From NCBI GenBank assembly GCA_965603825.1, contig CBFDEM010000030.1:558001-622000 (forward strand): 64,000 nt of DNA, given 5' to 3'. A program made the translations under genes and the position numbers. The stretch is from Blepharisma stoltei ATCC 30299. Taxonomy: Eukaryota; Protista; Ciliophora. Positions within the stretch are counted from its first letter, which is position 1, and each line of letters starts with the position of its first letter. The notes under the pieces were generated by a model. The model was not told where the DNA came from, ran no database searches, and worked only from the letters and a program-made list of their open reading frames with translations. Below are positions 1 to 10,779 of the stretch, piece by piece.

Positions 1-89
1 TAAAAAAAATCTCTCTTGATTTATAAGAAATTTCATTTTTATTATGTCTTTTCTTATCCCATTAAACAATATTTTAATATTGTTCAAAA

Positions 90-761
90 ATGAGTAATTT
101 AGAAGTTCATAGACATCATGCCCATAGAAAATCGTCCAAAAACCACTTCACTTGTGAATTTTGCCATGCCAAGCTTCCAATCGGGACAGAGCAAGCCCAT
201 CAAGAGCAATGTCCAGAGGTGCAAAGAGTCCTTCAAGAAAATCCGCTTGAAGAAATTTCCTGCGAGCTCTGCGAAGTCGTTTTACCTGTTGACGAAATGA
301 ACGACCACATATTAGCCCATCTTTTAGAAAATGAGGCCCAACAAGAAGCTCAAAATAGCCAGCAAAGGGAAAATTCTCCTGTAAATAATGCACCTCGAAT
401 AGAAAATAGGAATAATATGATTGGAATGGACAACACCCAGAGAATAAGAATTATTTTGCAAAACAATGGGAGACCTCGAGGATTTTTGATGATAAATTCG
501 CCTGTATTTAATAGAGCAGGAGCTCCAAGACGAGTCTACCATAAACCAGTCCAAAGGCCAGCTGATTCTTCAAAAGTGAGGAATTTCCCTGTTTCGAGGT
601 TTAAATCTGAAGAAAATGTATCGTGCACGATATGTATGGAGCAGATTAAGAAGAAAGAAAAAGTGAAGACGTTGCCTTGCATGCATATTTTTCATCCTTA
701 TTGCATAGATGAATGGTTATCGAGAAGTAATCAGTGTCCAATATGCAAGTTTCAAATATAG
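90..761 (+). CDS. RING-H2 E3 ubiquitin ligase with N-terminal C2H2/C2HC-like zinc fingers (223 aa)
   Basis: C-terminal CTIC..LPCMHIFHPYCIDEWL..CPIC is a canonical RING-H2; N-terminal CEFC..H..C and CELC..H..H zinc motifs; ends TAG. Confidence 0.85.
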   Translation: MSNLEVHRHHAHRKSSKNHFTCEFCHAKLPIGTEQAHQEQCPEVQRVLQENPLEEISCELCEVVLPVDEMNDHILAHLLENEAQQEAQNSQQRENSPVNNAPRIENRNNMIGMDNTQRIRIILQNNGRPRGFLMINSPVFNRAGAPRRVYHKPVQRPADSSKVRNFPVSRFKSEENVSCTICMEQIKKKEKVKTLPCMHIFHPYCIDEWLSRSNQCPICKFQI

Positions 762-917
762 AGAAATACGTAATATAAATGTATGGGTTTAATTGTAAAT
801 AGATGTATTTTTTTAAAATAAATTGTGCATCGGTTAGTTTACGTCACTTTGCCATGTATTTATATAAAAAGCTCTTATGGTTATATCGTATAAAATCATT
901 AAATTATCGCGTAAATC

Positions 918-1244
918 TTAAACTTCGTTAATTCGTAAATCTGGGAATATTGATTTCTTCATAAAGCTTGATGTAATTAAAAATGCGAGCTCGTTTTCTG
1001 TACGATGAAAGGAAAAACATGTAGAGCGTGATGTACTTGGGGATGAATCCATGTCTTTTCCTGAAGAATTTGTTTTTTCGCTTACCCAGTTATTATATTC
1101 TTGGAATTCTCCATTAGAAGTCAAGCTGATATCGTCGAAATCATCATCGCTTTTTAGCTTTTGAAACTCTGCTTGGCTCGTTATTGTTAGATTCGAGGTA
1201 AAATTAAGCTCACCATGTTCTGTGTTTGATTCACAGCAACCCAT
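918..1244 (-). CDS. Small hypothetical protein with predicted N-myristoylation/palmitoylation (MGCC)
   Basis: 108-aa ORF, coding-like composition between AT-rich flanks, begins MGCCES, ends TAA. Confidence 0.7.
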   Translation of the reverse strand: MGCCESNTEHGELNFTSNLTITSQAEFQKLKSDDDFDDISLTSNGEFQEYNNWVSEKTNSSGKDMDSSPSTSRSTCFSFHRTENELAFLITSSFMKKSIFPDLRINEV

Positions 1245-2020
1245 TTTAATATAATTTTAGCTATGGAATTTTAGAAGAATTTCTTGAAATAAGCAATTCA
1301 AGTATATAGAAATTTTATAAGCAAGATGCTATAAAAATGAATTTAGATAGCAGTAGATAATTTTCTGTTGAGTTAAAACTAAAAATATAAAGATTTAAAT
1401 CTAAGGAAAAGAAAGTTATCTAAAGAATGGTAAGATTTTCTATATAATTTATATTATATTTCAGTAGCAGTATTACTAAAAAGAATTTTTATAATATTTG
1501 TTTAGCATAAAAATATTCATAAGTAAACACTTTTAAATTGAATATAAGTTTTATAAACAAATTATGACAGCAAAATAAATTCGATTATTTAGAATAATAA
1601 TCTTGAACTAAATAATTATTCACAAATCATATATAGAATAACTAAATTTAAATCATGATTGAGATTTTATTTTATAGCAAGGACTATTATAAATATCTCT
1701 ATGTGCTAAAAATGACAAGTTAACCTCAGCAGGCTAAAATTAACAATATCCGAGTTTATAAGAAGATTAATTTGTAGTTTTATATTTTCATCTGCTTTTA
1801 TTAATGTTCATAACAGAAAAGTATTTCATAATATCATTCTTCTGAATTATATCAAAAAAGGCTTATTTTTTTAAATCATATTTTAGGCAATAAATAAGTT
1901 TACTTAAATTATAAAAGAAGTTATATATCTTATCATTATAATTAAACATTAGATATCAGGTATTCTTTTAGTTTCAAATTATTCTTACACCTCTCTTATT
2001 TTGAATCTTTTTATTTTTAT

Positions 2021-2025
2021 AAAAA
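2021..2025 (-). terminator. RNA polymerase III terminator (T5) of the tRNA gene
   Basis: TTTTT on the minus strand 1 nt after the tRNA discriminator base. Confidence 0.75.
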
Positions 2026-2026
2026 G

Positions 2027-2098
2027 CGACTCCACAGGGAATTGAACCCCGACTATAAGCTCCGTAGGCTCACGTGCTAACCCTTACACCATGGAGCC
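2027..2098 (-). tRNA. tRNA-Arg (anticodon ACG)
   Basis: Reverse complement folds as a cloverleaf: acceptor GGCTCCA/TGGAGTC, D arm GTGT..GCAC, anticodon arm TGAGC-CTACGGA-GCTTA, T arm CGGGG-TTCAATT-CCCTG; 72 nt, no encoded CCA. Confidence 0.93.
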
Positions 2099-2234
2099 GT
2101 GTGTAGTGCTTTTTATCAGTTTTTGTTTAAATTCCCAAGTTTATATTATTGTGGATAAATTTTATTTTTCAATCGCAAACTGTCCATTTTCCATAAAAAA
2201 TCGCCAAATTTTAATAAAATTTATCAAAGCCAAA

Positions 2235-3227
2235 ATGCTTTATGGTTGTACTTGTATATCTTTAGCAATTTTTGTCCTTTTAACCTCCTGAATCTGGCTA
2301 CCCTTCCTCCTAGTAACTTCCCCAGTATGGCTTTCCTTTACCTTAATTGCATACGGCCTGCTGAAAGGTTTAGGATTTTGGTCACAATTTCTTCGCCTCT
2401 TTATTGATGCTTATATTTGGCTGCTTTTCCGAAGTGACAAGCCTAGAAAATACTTATGGAAAAAGTTTTACAATTTTCTCTGCCGCATGTACCCACAATC
2501 TGGCTGGAAAATTATAAACTATGGCTATGCTATCAATACAGAGACCGGGCACACCATTGTATTAGATGAAGATGAAGAAACTGAGCGCTATCCTTATCAG
2601 CTTTATCATTATATAGCTACTGGGCTTAAGAAATTCCCAAATCTAGCCGGATTAACAGTTCTTGATATTGGATGTGGAAGAGGTGGAGGATTAGCTTATG
2701 TTGCAAAATATTTAAAGCCAGCCAATGCAATTGGGATTGATTATTCAAGAGACCAAATTGATTTTTGTAATAAAAACTATAATCTCCCAAATACTACTTT
2801 TGTATGCTCGGATGCAGAAAAACTTTTACTCAAAAATGAGCTTGCTGATATTGTGATTTCTATTGAAAGTTGCCATTGTTTTGGAAATCTAAGAGCGTTC
2901 GTATCAGAAGTCGAAAGAGTTCTGAAGCCAGGTGGCCAATTTTTTGTGGCTGATTATTTAGCAATAGGGGATGTCCCAGAATTTGAGGAGTGTTTAAATT
3001 CTGCAGGTCTAGAACAGCAGGAAAAGCAAGATATAACAGAAAATATATTGATCTCTTTAAAGTTTGATAGCAACAGAAGAGTGGATTGGATCGAAAACTA
3101 TACACCTTTTTATTTCCATAGAATGCTGAAAAGATTTTCAGGGATCGAAGGATCAAATGTTTATAACCAAATGGAGGCAGGAGATTGGGTGTATTTGGCT
3201 TATCACTTTATTAAACGTAAGAATTAA
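2235..3227 (+). CDS. Membrane-anchored class I SAM-dependent methyltransferase (about 330 aa; TGA=Trp at 2289)
   Basis: ATG 2235 is in frame with ORF 2487..3227 through one TGA; hydrophobic N-terminus; VLDIGCGRGGG motif I; NYGY, IESCHCF and RVLKPGG motifs. Confidence 0.85.
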
Positions 3228-3358
3228 GTGTGGAAAATATTAAAATATAGGAAAATTTAAATTGTCCTCCATCAATTTTTGCCGTTTTTCATAGTTTCCT
3301 TATCTAAATTTCAGTTAAACTTAATATTCAAATTCCAATTTTCAGTTAAAAATTCAAT

Positions 3359-5446
3359 ATGAAGCCTAATGAAAAAACACATAAGTTTGACAACGATGCC
3401 CTCGATCTCCAAATAGATCGGCTTAATTCTGTGATCCAATCAATGATGAACGGAATCCAAACACTAGACAAAGAAAACCCGCTAGAAAGATACTCAACAG
3501 ATTTTTTGTCCCCAAGCTGTAGACTGAACTCAAAAAGAAACAGAATTTCTGTCTTGTCTTTGGAGAGTGAGCAAGATTTAATTACAACTGAAAGAGACTG
3601 AATATTTGAATCAGTCGAAGCAGATGAAGAAATTATGAGTAATATTGAAGGGTTATTAATTAGTTTGGACAGAGCCATGATGGTAGCGGAAGATTATAGA
3701 TCAAGTGAGGTAAGAAAAAATGAATTTGAATATGAAAATATGGAAGAAAATAAGCTTATTCATGAAATAAAATGCTCGCTAAGTGATATGTATAAACTAA
3801 TCTCAGATGCAAAGCAGATAATAACTGAGACCGAAACGAATAAAAGCTATAATGGAATTTTGAAGCTGGGGGATTTTTCTATTGATATTTTGATAGAACA
3901 CAATGATTTGATTTTACAGGAAAAATCAAATTTAAGTAAAGAAATTTTGACCCATCTTTCTGTTAAGCCAATAATAAGCACAAAAAATATTTCACCTGAA
4001 CAAGCTTATATAAACCAATTAGAAAACGAAATTGAGGAATTAAAAAGAAATAGCATGTTTCCTGACGAAATTTTTGATTTTACCAAAAATCTTAAACATA
4101 AATTGGAAGAGACCTATGAAAAATCATCTGAAGAATTTTCTGGGAGTTTTAATAGTGATAACTCATTAGAATTAACTAAAAGCACTATGGAACTTTTCCC
4201 GAATAGTAGCAGGCCAGTATTGCATTTAGATCTCCACAAAATAAATCGTGGAAATAATGAAGTAAAAAAAATGAAAGAAGAGCTAGAATGGCAAATTAAT
4301 GAAATGCAAATCACAAAAAATCAGTATAAAAATAAATTAAATGAAATGCAACAGCAGCAAGCCCTTTTTCAACAACAGGCAAATTTAATTAAAGCAAAGA
4401 CAGTGGAATTAGAAAAGGATAAAGAAAATTTCGAAAAAGAAAAAGAAAAGTTAGTCCAGGAAAAAAAGGATTTTGAAGAAAAACAATCAAAATTAAAAAA
4501 TGACATAAGAAATACTTTTAGCAGACATAATAGAGGAGCTTCAGGGGATTTTTTCAGACCGCCAAAAAGCAGAAAAAATTCAGAAAAATGTTATTATAGT
4601 TCTAGAGAAGGAACACCAGAGCCAATTATTGACGAAGAAGCAGATGCATTATATGAAGAACTTCAAAAGGCCCAAGCTTTATTACAGACCGCAAATGCTG
4701 AAAATGCAGATTCTATTGTAATAAAAATAAACCGTATCAAAACACAGTTATCGAATTTAAGGTCAGCCAAAGCTTTAAACCATTTCCAAGCCCATTCAAA
4801 TTCAATACAACATGTAATAAACACCATGGAAAAACAATTTGAAACCCGCGATATCAGAAAAGCTTCTCCAGTACCAAGAAAAGCTGTGATATCTACACCC
4901 TCAGACTTTGCCCCAAAAGATAACAAAATTCTTAACGGTTTACAAGTTCCTAAAAATTTGTGTGCAACCCCTGATAAGCTTATAGCATCTTTTTCTGAGT
5001 CAAATTTCTGCAGAAAATCTCCCATTCCTATCACAAAACCAGTTCAAAATTTAAATCCAGCTTTAGACGCAGAGATAGAAACCCTTAAAAAGCATTTAAG
5101 ACTAAAAGAAATCCGCTTAAAAGAAAAAGAAAAAGAAATTTTTGATAAAGAAATAATGCTGCAAAAAACATGAATGAAAGAGCCAGATGCAGACCAATTA
5201 ATTCCAATGGTACAAAAAGAGCTAATTTATATACAAAGTCTTAAGCAAAATTTAGAATTAAAGCAAAAAGATATAGAAAGAGACCAATATTTGCTATTAA
5301 AAAAGTTAGAGCAGGTAAAGAAAAAAGAAGAATTTTTGTCTGAAAAAGAAAATAAAATTGACTCTGAAATTGAAGTACAAAAAAGAGAAATTTCAGAGAA
5401 AACTGAAGCAATTTATCAGTTGTTAACTTCTTACAACTTGCAATAA
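3359..5446 (+). CDS. Coiled-coil hypothetical protein (695 aa; TGA=Trp at 3599 and 5171)
   Basis: Three same-frame ORFs (3359, 3635, 5174) separated only by TGA; E/K/Q-rich heptads; ends TAA. Confidence 0.8.
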
Positions 5447-5572
5447 TATTAATTACACATAATGAAAATATTTTCTTGGTATTATTTATCATAAGATTTG
5501 TTAAGAAATGATATTATTTAGATAAAATATTCAAAAAAATTACTAAATAATTCTTTATACAAATTCCATATT

Positions 5573-6175
5573 ATGAATCCTAATTTGGCTTCTGTTTCTG
5601 AAAGAGAAGAAAGACTGAAAGAAAGGCTTAGAGAAGAAGAAAGCAAAAAAAATATTAATGACTCTAAATTCAGAGCTGTCGCACAGCATATGGACTATGA
5701 AGGATTCAGACAAATGGTTTTAGGAGCCAACTTGAAGCCAATTAAGGCAGGTGAGATTTTCAGCATGACAGGGCAGAATCGAACAAGATTTAACAATTTA
5801 GGAACTACTGATAATAAAGAAGAGCGGAAAGAAGGAAAAATCAGCTTTATTAACAGATGAAAAAGATGCCGACAAGATGCTGAAAAATGGCAATTAATTC
5901 AAGAAATCAATAAAGAAGAGCTCTTAGAAGAAATGAATAAATTTGTAGATTTTGAAGTATTTTCTGAAATTCTTAGAGTCTTATATGAAGGAGTAGTCAG
6001 GCGAAACTTAGAAATTTCCAATGAAAATGCTGAAGAAATCTTAAGGGTGATAATCCAAATAAAAGGCTTTGAAAACGCAAAAAAAATCATGACAAAGAGC
6101 GAAAAAGCAAAAATTAGTGAAATGCTTGATTTTTTGAATTTAAATGAGATTAAAAGTTTATTTGGACTGCAATAG
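5573..6175 (+). CDS. CCDC103: CCDC103/DNAAF19-like axonemal dynein attachment factor (200 aa; TGA=Trp at 5858)
   Basis: NDSKFRAVAQHMDYEGFRQMVLGANLKPI matches the Dynein_attach_N signature; two same-frame ORFs joined by TGA; helical C-terminal part. Confidence 0.75.
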
Positions 6176-6185
6176 TTAACATATA

Positions 6186-6677
6186 TTAAGGACTTCTCTC
6201 TGCGAAATAGTTTTCCACAAATGATTTAATTCTAATTTGTTTTCTTTGGACTCTTGCTTTGAGTCCTGATTTAAATATACTAAAGCATCTTCCATCTACC
6301 AGATATAGATCTAAATAAAAACAATAGTTTGACCTGCCTGATTCTTTTAGCTTAACTTTTGTAATTTGCCCTATTTGAAAGTGGTGGGTTCTTCTGAAGC
6401 CTAAAAACCATATTTCAGTCATATATGAAGTCTCAGATGAGGAACTTTTTAGAACTAATTTTTCTATTTTTGCTATATACAAATAAAACATCGACTCAAC
6501 AAAAAATCCGCCCATAATTATCAATTTCCATCATGCACTATATAAAGCCTACTTAGAGCCTGCAAAATAATAAATCAAAAATATAATAGCACAAAAACAC
6601 ATTATCCCTGACACAATTCACATAAAAAGTGGTTTTTCTTGTAAAACTAGCTCATCTGAATTTCCCTTATTTTCCAT
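6186..6677 (-). CDS. Small membrane protein with two predicted TM helices (158 aa; one 15-nt intron, two TGA=Trp)
   Basis: ATG 6677 reads MENKGNSDELVLQEKPLFMWIVSGIMCFCAIIFLIYYFAGS; the in-frame TAG is removed by intron 6538-6552, continuing NAWWKLIIMGGFF into ORF 6186..6524. Confidence 0.75.
6538..6552 (-). other. 15-nt spliceosomal intron GTAGGCTTTATATAG
   Basis: GT..AG, A at position 10, removes the only in-frame TAG and keeps frame. Confidence 0.8.
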
Positions 6678-6778
6678 AATTTATTAAATAATCGCTATCA
6701 ATTGCCTAGCAAATTCTTTTTTTCTAGTCTCCTCTAATAACACTTTCTACGATGGCTAATATTTTAAATTAAATTTAA

Positions 6779-7858
6779 ATGAGCGAAGAAATAGAGAGCC
6801 ACATCCTAAGAAAATACGAAATTCTTCAAAAGCTTGGCAAGGGTGCTTATGGGATCGTATGGAAAGCTATAGACAAGAAGACCCGTGAAGTTGTCGCCCT
6901 AAAAAAGGTTTTCGATGCTTTTCAAAATGCAACTGATGCCCAAAGGACATTCAGAGAAATAATGTTCTTACAAGAACTCAATGGGCACGAAAATATTGTA
7001 AGACTACTCAATGTCATTAGAGCTGAAAATGACCGCGACATATACTTGGTCTTTGATTTCATGGAAACTGACTTGCATGCAGTAATTAGGGCAAATATTT
7101 TGGAAGAAATTCATAAGCAGTATATTTGTTACCAAATTTTAAAGGCTCTGAAGTATATGCACTCAGGACAGCTTCTACACCGTGATTTGAAGCCATCAAA
7201 TATACTTTTGAATTCTGAATGCTTGGTGAAAGTCGCGGATTTTGGCTTAGCAAGATCAGTTGCAGCTCAAGAAGAAGGGTCAAATCCGGTTCTTACTGAT
7301 TATGTTGCGACAAGATGGTATAGAGCTCCAGAAATTCTTTTAGGGTCCACAAAATACTCAAAAGCAGTAGATATGTGGAGTTTTGGCTGCATCGTTGGCG
7401 AAATGCTTGCAGGAAAGCCTATCTTCCCTGGCACATCAACACTTAACCAGCTTGATAGAATTCTTGAGCTTACAGGAAGACCTTCTCAAGAAGATATAGA
7501 CTCAATCCAAAGCAATTTAGCAGCTACTATGCTTGAATCGCTTCCGCCAACCCGAGCAAGGTCTTACCATGATTTCTTTCCTTCTGCTTCTGATGATGCT
7601 TTAGACCTTATCAGGCGCACTTTACAGTTTAACCCTCAAAAAAGGCTGACAGTTGAGCAAGCGCTAAGACATCCTTATGTGGCGCAGTTTCATAACTCTG
7701 ATGATGAGCCTAGCTGTCCAAACACTATTCGAATTTCAATTGATGATAATAGAAAGCTGACTATAAGAGAGTATAGAGATAGAATTTATGCTGATATTTC
7801 AAGAAAGAAAAAAGAAATAAGAAGAAGACATTTGATGGCAAGAGGGTATTATCATTAA
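6779..7858 (+). CDS. MAPK15: Atypical MAP kinase ERK7/ERK8 (MAPK15) family
   Basis: GKGAYG, DAFQNATDAQRTFREI, HRDLKPSN, DFGLAR, TDYVATRWYRAPE; the FQNATDAQRTFREI segment is typical of ERK7/8. Confidence 0.9.
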   Translation: MSEEIESHILRKYEILQKLGKGAYGIVWKAIDKKTREVVALKKVFDAFQNATDAQRTFREIMFLQELNGHENIVRLLNVIRAENDRDIYLVFDFMETDLHAVIRANILEEIHKQYICYQILKALKYMHSGQLLHRDLKPSNILLNSECLVKVADFGLARSVAAQEEGSNPVLTDYVATRWYRAPEILLGSTKYSKAVDMWSFGCIVGEMLAGKPIFPGTSTLNQLDRILELTGRPSQEDIDSIQSNLAATMLESLPPTRARSYHDFFPSASDDALDLIRRTLQFNPQKRLTVEQALRHPYVAQFHNSDDEPSCPNTIRISIDDNRKLTIREYRDRIYADISRKKKEIRRRHLMARGYYH

Positions 7859-7888
7859 ATAAAATGATTTCGTTTAATTTAAATTATT

Positions 7889-8473
7889 ATGATGGATTTC
7901 GACCCCACTTCTTTATTAAAGCAAATGAGAAACAAAACTCCGATCAGATCAGTCCCTGAACTCCCTCCAAGAAATAACTTTGACGAAGCCGACCTTTTGA
8001 ATAAAATTTCGAAATTAGAGGCACAAGTTTCAAATCTTGAAAATCAACTGAAAATTTCACAAGAAGCTGAACAAAAAGCGGTTAAAGAAAAATCTCTCCT
8101 TAATGAGCAGGTGAAAGCTATTTAGTTTAAAGAATTCCAAATGAGGATGATGAATAATGAGAAAAAGATGAATGAAAGAATTGAAAAACTTGAAAACTTA
8201 TTAGAATCAGAAAAAAACAAAAATAAAAACAGAGACAAAGAGGAAAACAAAGAAAATAGGTCAAAAACCCCTCCTCTACCACCTAGGATTGAATTAAAAA
8301 AACCTGTGTTTTCTTCAGCTGTGAGTACAAATTCTTCAAGATATGCAGCAAGCAAACAAAAAGGGTATTTAGACCTAACACCTTTGATTGAGCTTTATAA
8401 AGTTATGCCAGATTTCCCGAGGCCAGTGCTCAAAGTAGATTTTTCACAACATAGAATTGAAGAAGATCAATAA
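7889..8473 (+). CDS. Coiled-coil hypothetical protein (189 aa; one 15-nt intron)
   Basis: ORFs 7889..8125 and 8141..8473 are in one frame; the separating TAG is the 3' end of intron 8111-8125. Confidence 0.75.
8111..8125 (+). other. 15-nt spliceosomal intron GTGAAAGCTATTTAG
   Basis: CAG|GT..TAG, A at position 10, splicing fuses two same-frame ORFs. Confidence 0.8.
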
Positions 8474-8600
8474 TTTATATTCCTTAATAATTCTAACTAT
8501 ATACCATTGTAGTTTTTCATATAAAAACCCCCGCCAACTATCTTATAAAGCTAAAATCTACCTTAAAACCCCTAAAAAATCATTCATTGTATCTTACATT

Positions 8601-10280
8601 CTAATTAATTAAGCTTTCTACCTGCATTTTCATGAAATTCTGGATCTCCATTAGGACATCAATAACCTTAATTTTATGCGACATCAATAACTGCACATCC
8701 TGCTTAATGATCTGTATGCTTTCTCTTTTTTCTGCTAACGACTCTACCTGAAATTTAGCTAGTTCTCGCCTTTCTTCTTCAAAAGTTTCAGAAATTTTGG
8801 TGTTTTCCATATGCAGCTCGTTAAGGTCTTCTTTGATTTCTTCAATAGTTTTCTCTAAATCTCCATAATCCCTTGCTTTTTGGTCAATAATTTTCTGGTT
8901 GTGATACTCTGACACATTTTGGTATATTTTTTGTAATTTTTCAAAATTTATTGACAATTGTTGGATTTTTGAGTCAAAATCAGGCAGACTGTGGGCTTTT
9001 TCGTCATTTTCGTTGACAAGCCTGTATTTTTCGTTATCTAAATCAATGATTTTTTCGTCTATTTCTGCTTGTAGCTTTTCTGTGCATTCTCTTATAGGCT
9101 CAAGGAAATTTTGAGGCTCAATTACTTCAGTTTCATTGTGGTTTCCTTGCAAATTTTCAGGTTTAAAAGTAATTCTGAGGTCTAGCCCATAAGAGTTTTT
9201 TGCTCCAGGAGGGATTATTTGGATCTCACTAGCGCTATGTTGGTAGTTTTTCACAAGAATGTAGCAGTTATTTATTTGCTGCTGTAGCTTCTGCTGCATT
9301 TCTCAGTGGATTTGGTTTAATTGGTCGCGCTCTTTTTTCACATCTTTTATAGCTTGATCTACAAAAACTGCTGCTTGTTGGATTCTGTTTTTGTCTTCTA
9401 GGCTTAATTCTTGGGCATTGATTCTTAGCTTTAAAACTTCTAAGTCGTTGATTTTGCTTTCTAAAGTTAACCTTCAGGACTCGTTTTCGTCTTTTAAATA
9501 ATTTAGCTGTGATTCTAGCTGATCTTGGGTTTTTAAAATATTGTCCATGTTGCTTAAACTTTCGAGTTCTTGCTCAAGCAATTTTATTTGCTCATCTAAT
9601 AGCTTTGGGTTTCTTTCAGAAATTTTCAGGCCTTCTTTTTCTTGTCTCAATGTAACTATCAGCTCTTTCATCTTATTCGTCTGCATTGACACCTCTTGGA
9701 CTCTTTTTTCCAGCTGAAACCTTAAATCAGAAAGTTCATCAGAATAATCCTGCCCAGTTAAAAACAATTCATAGCATCTCATTAAATGTTCAGCATAAAG
9801 CTCATTTTCGCTCTGCTCACGATTATAAAAATCTTCTTCTTCATCATTTGATTTTTCTAAATACAAAACTAAATCAAGAAGCCATGTTAAAGCTGCCAAA
9901 ACGGCTGGTCAAGAATTAGGAGCTCCAACAGCTAATAAAGAACTTTTGCCTAGGGTAAAAGGATATCCTAAGCTTTTAAATAGGGCGGGAACTTCATCTT
10001 CAATTTTTTGTGTAAATTCATAAGATTCATCTATTTGTTTTACAAGAGCAAGCAAAATTGAAGAAAAGTCTTTTGCGCTTGGGTTTTGAAGCTGCTTTGG
10101 AGTAATCACAAAATCTGATTTTTTTGACTGGAAATATTCAATAATGCGCCTAATACAGTTATTTTGGAAGTCTTTGTTTGTAACGGGACGTTGGTCTGAA
10201 ACATGCCGAGCTCCAAACATATTGCTTACCCTAGCATTTATGGATTGGCGAGCTCCTTTGCTTTTCCGCGCACTTTCCAT
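8601..10280 (-). CDS. NDC80: Kinetochore protein NDC80/HEC1 (559 aa; TGA=Trp at 9909, 9474, 9303)
   Basis: D.RP...K.FQ..CI, PS.KDF, LGYPF and AVGAPNS(W)PAVLAALTWL are the Ndc80 CH-domain motifs; long coiled coil follows; 1680 nt single frame ending TAG. Confidence 0.9.
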
Positions 10281-10455
10281 TTTAAGATATTCTTTCTAAT
10301 TATTACATTTTTTATATTTTAAAAATAAATACTATTCCTCCATATCTTAAACTCTATGAGATTTTTATAGAACCTGTCTAGCAAGCCTAATAAATTAGTC
10401 AATAAAATAATTTTTTTCACTATTTAAATAAAATTTGCTTTGATTTATTATAAAA

Positions 10456-10761
10456 ATGTCAAACACTCCCCACAGTTCTCCTTCACTATCCCAGACTCTA
10501 GATCTTGTCGAAGAAGAAAGGCGGCAGCTTGAAAGTCTTTGTGAAGAACTTGAAGCTGTTTATAGAGCTATGAATGAAGATCTTGACTCTCTATGGGAAA
10601 GCACCAAGCCAAGACTAGAAGAAGCTTTCCGTATCACAGTAGATGAACACAATGAAAAATTAGATGAGCTCCAAAGGGCTAGAGTTAAGCAAGAGCAGCT
10701 TTGTAATGACTTAGCATCTGCTCAAGATTTCGTGAACCAAATAACACAGTTTATTTCTTAA
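10456..10761 (+). CDS. Small coiled-coil hypothetical protein (101 aa), divergent from NDC80
   Basis: Clean ORF with heptad pattern, AT-rich flanks, ends TAA. Confidence 0.75.
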   Translation: MSNTPHSSPSLSQTLDLVEEERRQLESLCEELEAVYRAMNEDLDSLWESTKPRLEEAFRITVDEHNEKLDELQRARVKQEQLCNDLASAQDFVNQITQFIS

Positions 10762-10779
10762 AAAATAAATAAAATACAG

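Noticed and set aside
2027-2098. tRNA as a UGA suppressor
   Set aside because: The anticodon is ACG (Arg), not UCA or CCA.
2091-2234. ORF start at 2091
   Set aside because: It overlaps the tRNA gene and AT-rich spacer; ATG 2235 is the plausible start.
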